This document shows, in pieces, positions 55,220 through 56,740 of a stretch of 56,740 nucleotides of DNA. The stretch lies in NCBI GenBank assembly GCA_027046625.1, contig JALTXX010000006.1:1-56740 (forward strand), written 5' to 3'. The translations under genes were made by a program, and so were the position numbers. The notes beneath the pieces were generated by a model. The model saw only the letters and a program-made list of their open reading frames with translations. It made no database searches and was not told the origin of the DNA. Within the stretch, counting starts at the first letter, position 1; each line of letters starts with the position of its first letter. This stretch comes from Candidatus Micrarchaeota archaeon (GTDB taxonomy: Archaea; Iainarchaeota; Iainarchaeia; JAADDC01).

Positions 55220-56473
55220 ATGGATACCCTGAGAGGATGGGTGTACATTGTAAGGGATATCGGGAAACTAAAGTTTGTTTTGGTAAGAATATTTCCAGAA
55301 AATAGGGTTGTCCAGACAGTTTTTAAGGAAGGAGAAACAGAGAAAAGTAGTATGAAACTTGTAGAGTCCCTATATCCTGAAACTTTGCTAGAATTGAAGG
55401 GAGAGTGGCGCTCTTCTGAGAAAGCTCCTGGAGGTAGAGAGTTTGTTGTTAAGGAGGCTTCTATGATTTCTCCCTCCAAGCCTTTGCCCATAGACATTAG
55501 CGGAAAAACCCCCGTTGAGTATGCCAACAGGATAAAATACCGCTGGCTAGATGTTAGAAGGCCCGAAGTGTCAGCTGTCTTGAGACTAAAGAGCATTATT
55601 TTAAAGGCAGCGAGAGACTATCTACTTTCCGAGGGGTTTGTAGAAACTACTTATCCTGTAATTATATCTACCGCATCCGAGGGAGGGGCGGAGCTTTTCC
55701 CAGTAGTGTATTTTGACAAGGAGGCTTTTCTTGCTCAGAGCGGACAGCTCTACAAACAGGCGCTTGTTCCTTCCCTTGGGAAGGTATTCTCCATAAGTGC
55801 AAGCTTTAGAGCAGAGAAGAGCAGAACCAGAAAGCATCTGACAGAGTTTTGGCAGATAGATGTAGAGGCTGGCTTTGTAACAGAAAGAGATTTGATGGAT
55901 ATTGAATTTGGCATCTACAGGAGCGTTACAGAGGAACTAAACAAATATCCAGAGCTCTTTGAGATATTAGGAAGGGAGCCACCCGAGATCCCCAGAACCT
56001 ATGAGGACATAACCTACGACGAAGCACTGGAAATATTAAGGGGAGACGGGGTAGATATTGCCTGGGGTGACGATTTTGGAGCCCCTGAAGAGAGAAAATT
56101 ATGTTCCCACTTCGATACTCCCTTCTTTATAAGAAGGTTCCCCCTTGAACAGTCTCCCTTCTATGCAAAGGTAGTCAGAGAAGATCCGAAATATTCCTAT
56201 AAGATGGACTTTATGGCTCCCGGAGAAAATGGTATGGAGCTTTCCTCGGGTGGGCTGAGGGAAGAAAATCCAGAAATGCTGAGAAAGAGGATGAAAGAGC
56301 TTGGTCTAAAACCAGAAAGTTTTGAGTGGTATGTAGAAATGTTTGAATACGGCTTTCCACCACACGGTGGGTTTGGTATCGGGATAGAAAGGCTTACAAC
56401 TGTGATGTTAGGTTTGGAGAAGGTGACGGATGCCACAGCCTTTCCACGCACACCAGATATCCTCTATCCTTAA
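55220..56473 (+). CDS. asnS: Asparaginyl-tRNA synthetase (class IIb)
   Basis: FRAEKSRTRKHLTEFWQIDVE, GGFGIGIERL and the C-terminal FPRTPDILYP closely resemble archaeal AsnRS as I recall it, rather than archaeal AspRS. N-terminal OB fold. Confidence 0.75.
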   Translation: MDTLRGWVYIVRDIGKLKFVLVRIFPENRVVQTVFKEGETEKSSMKLVESLYPETLLELKGEWRSSEKAPGGREFVVKEASMISPSKPLPIDISGKTPVEYANRIKYRWLDVRRPEVSAVLRLKSIILKAARDYLLSEGFVETTYPVIISTASEGGAELFPVVYFDKEAFLAQSGQLYKQALVPSLGKVFSISASFRAEKSRTRKHLTEFWQIDVEAGFVTERDLMDIEFGIYRSVTEELNKYPELFEILGREPPEIPRTYEDITYDEALEILRGDGVDIAWGDDFGAPEERKLCSHFDTPFFIRRFPLEQSPFYAKVVREDPKYSYKMDFMAPGENGMELSSGGLREENPEMLRKRMKELGLKPESFEWYVEMFEYGFPPHGGFGIGIERLTTVMLGLEKVTDATAFPRTPDILYP

Positions 56474-56499
56474 AAGGTTACCACTGAACATTATGTTGG

Positions 56500-56740
56500 A
56501 TGGACAAGGAAACCTTTCTCCACGTTACAAAGATAGCTCGTATAGCATTATCGGAAGAAGAAGTTAAAGAGTTTCTACGTCAGTTTGAAGAAATAGAGAG
56601 GCTAACTTCTGAGATAAAAAATATTGAGCTAGGAGAAGAATGTAAAGATGTTACTTTCAACCCCTTAAGAGATGATAGCCCATCAGATAGCGAGGATATT
56701 ACCTCTTCCTTTATAAAGAAAAGAGATGGATATCTGGAGG
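56500..56740 (+). CDS. gatC: Asp/Glu-tRNA amidotransferase subunit C (GatC), 3' end cut by the window
   Basis: Own translation: MDKETFLHVTKIARIALSEEEVKEFLRQFEEIERLTSEIKNIELGEE...NPLRDDSP..., a typical GatC. Absent from the ORF track because no stop lies within the window. Confidence 0.75.
   Translation, partial: MDKETFLHVTKIARIALSEEEVKEFLRQFEEIERLTSEIKNIELGEECKDVTFNPLRDDSPSDSEDITSSFIKKRDGYLE

Noticed and set aside
1-56740. CRISPR arrays, transposases or IS elements, integrases, and rRNA genes
   Set aside because: I found no regularly spaced direct repeats and no DDE, tyrosine-recombinase or serine-recombinase-like ORFs. The only notable repeats are the cassette-associated ones reported above.

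Overview
Archaeal chromosomal segment. Archaeal markers are GatD/GatE, DGGGP synthase, fibrillarin/Nop5, EndA, diphthine synthase, family B DNA polymerase and tRNA genes without an encoded CCA. Proteins are rich in K/E/I/Y/R, as in thermophiles. From about 12 kb to 56.7 kb the window is densely packed housekeeping: GlyRS, AlaRS, TrpRS, LeuRS, AsnRS, GatD, GatE, GatC, PolB, XPD, UDG, Trm5, Nep1, Pcm, lipid synthesis genes, 4 tRNAs, 2 tandem C/D box sRNAs and one unclassified structured RNA of about 330 nt.

The left 12 kb, all on the minus strand, is the unusual part. A 2556-aa membrane-anchored surface protein is built from many Ig-like / carboxypeptidase-regulatory-like beta-sandwich repeats. 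It ends in a roughly 406-aa C-terminal (CT) domain that follows a CDNRLNV junction. It is translationally coupled to a 455-aa uncharacterised protein.

Downstream lies a start-less, diverged second copy of only the CT domain. It has the same junction motif and the same length, and is interrupted by one in-frame TAG. It is coupled to a 427-aa paralog of the 455-aa gene. A third junction copy follows, identical over 92 nt to the main gene and cut by the window edge.

This main gene plus orphan CT/partner cassette layout matches bacterial CDI/Rhs polymorphic toxin-immunity loci. I cannot assign it to any family I recognise. No CRISPR array, rRNA, transposase or intein was seen.
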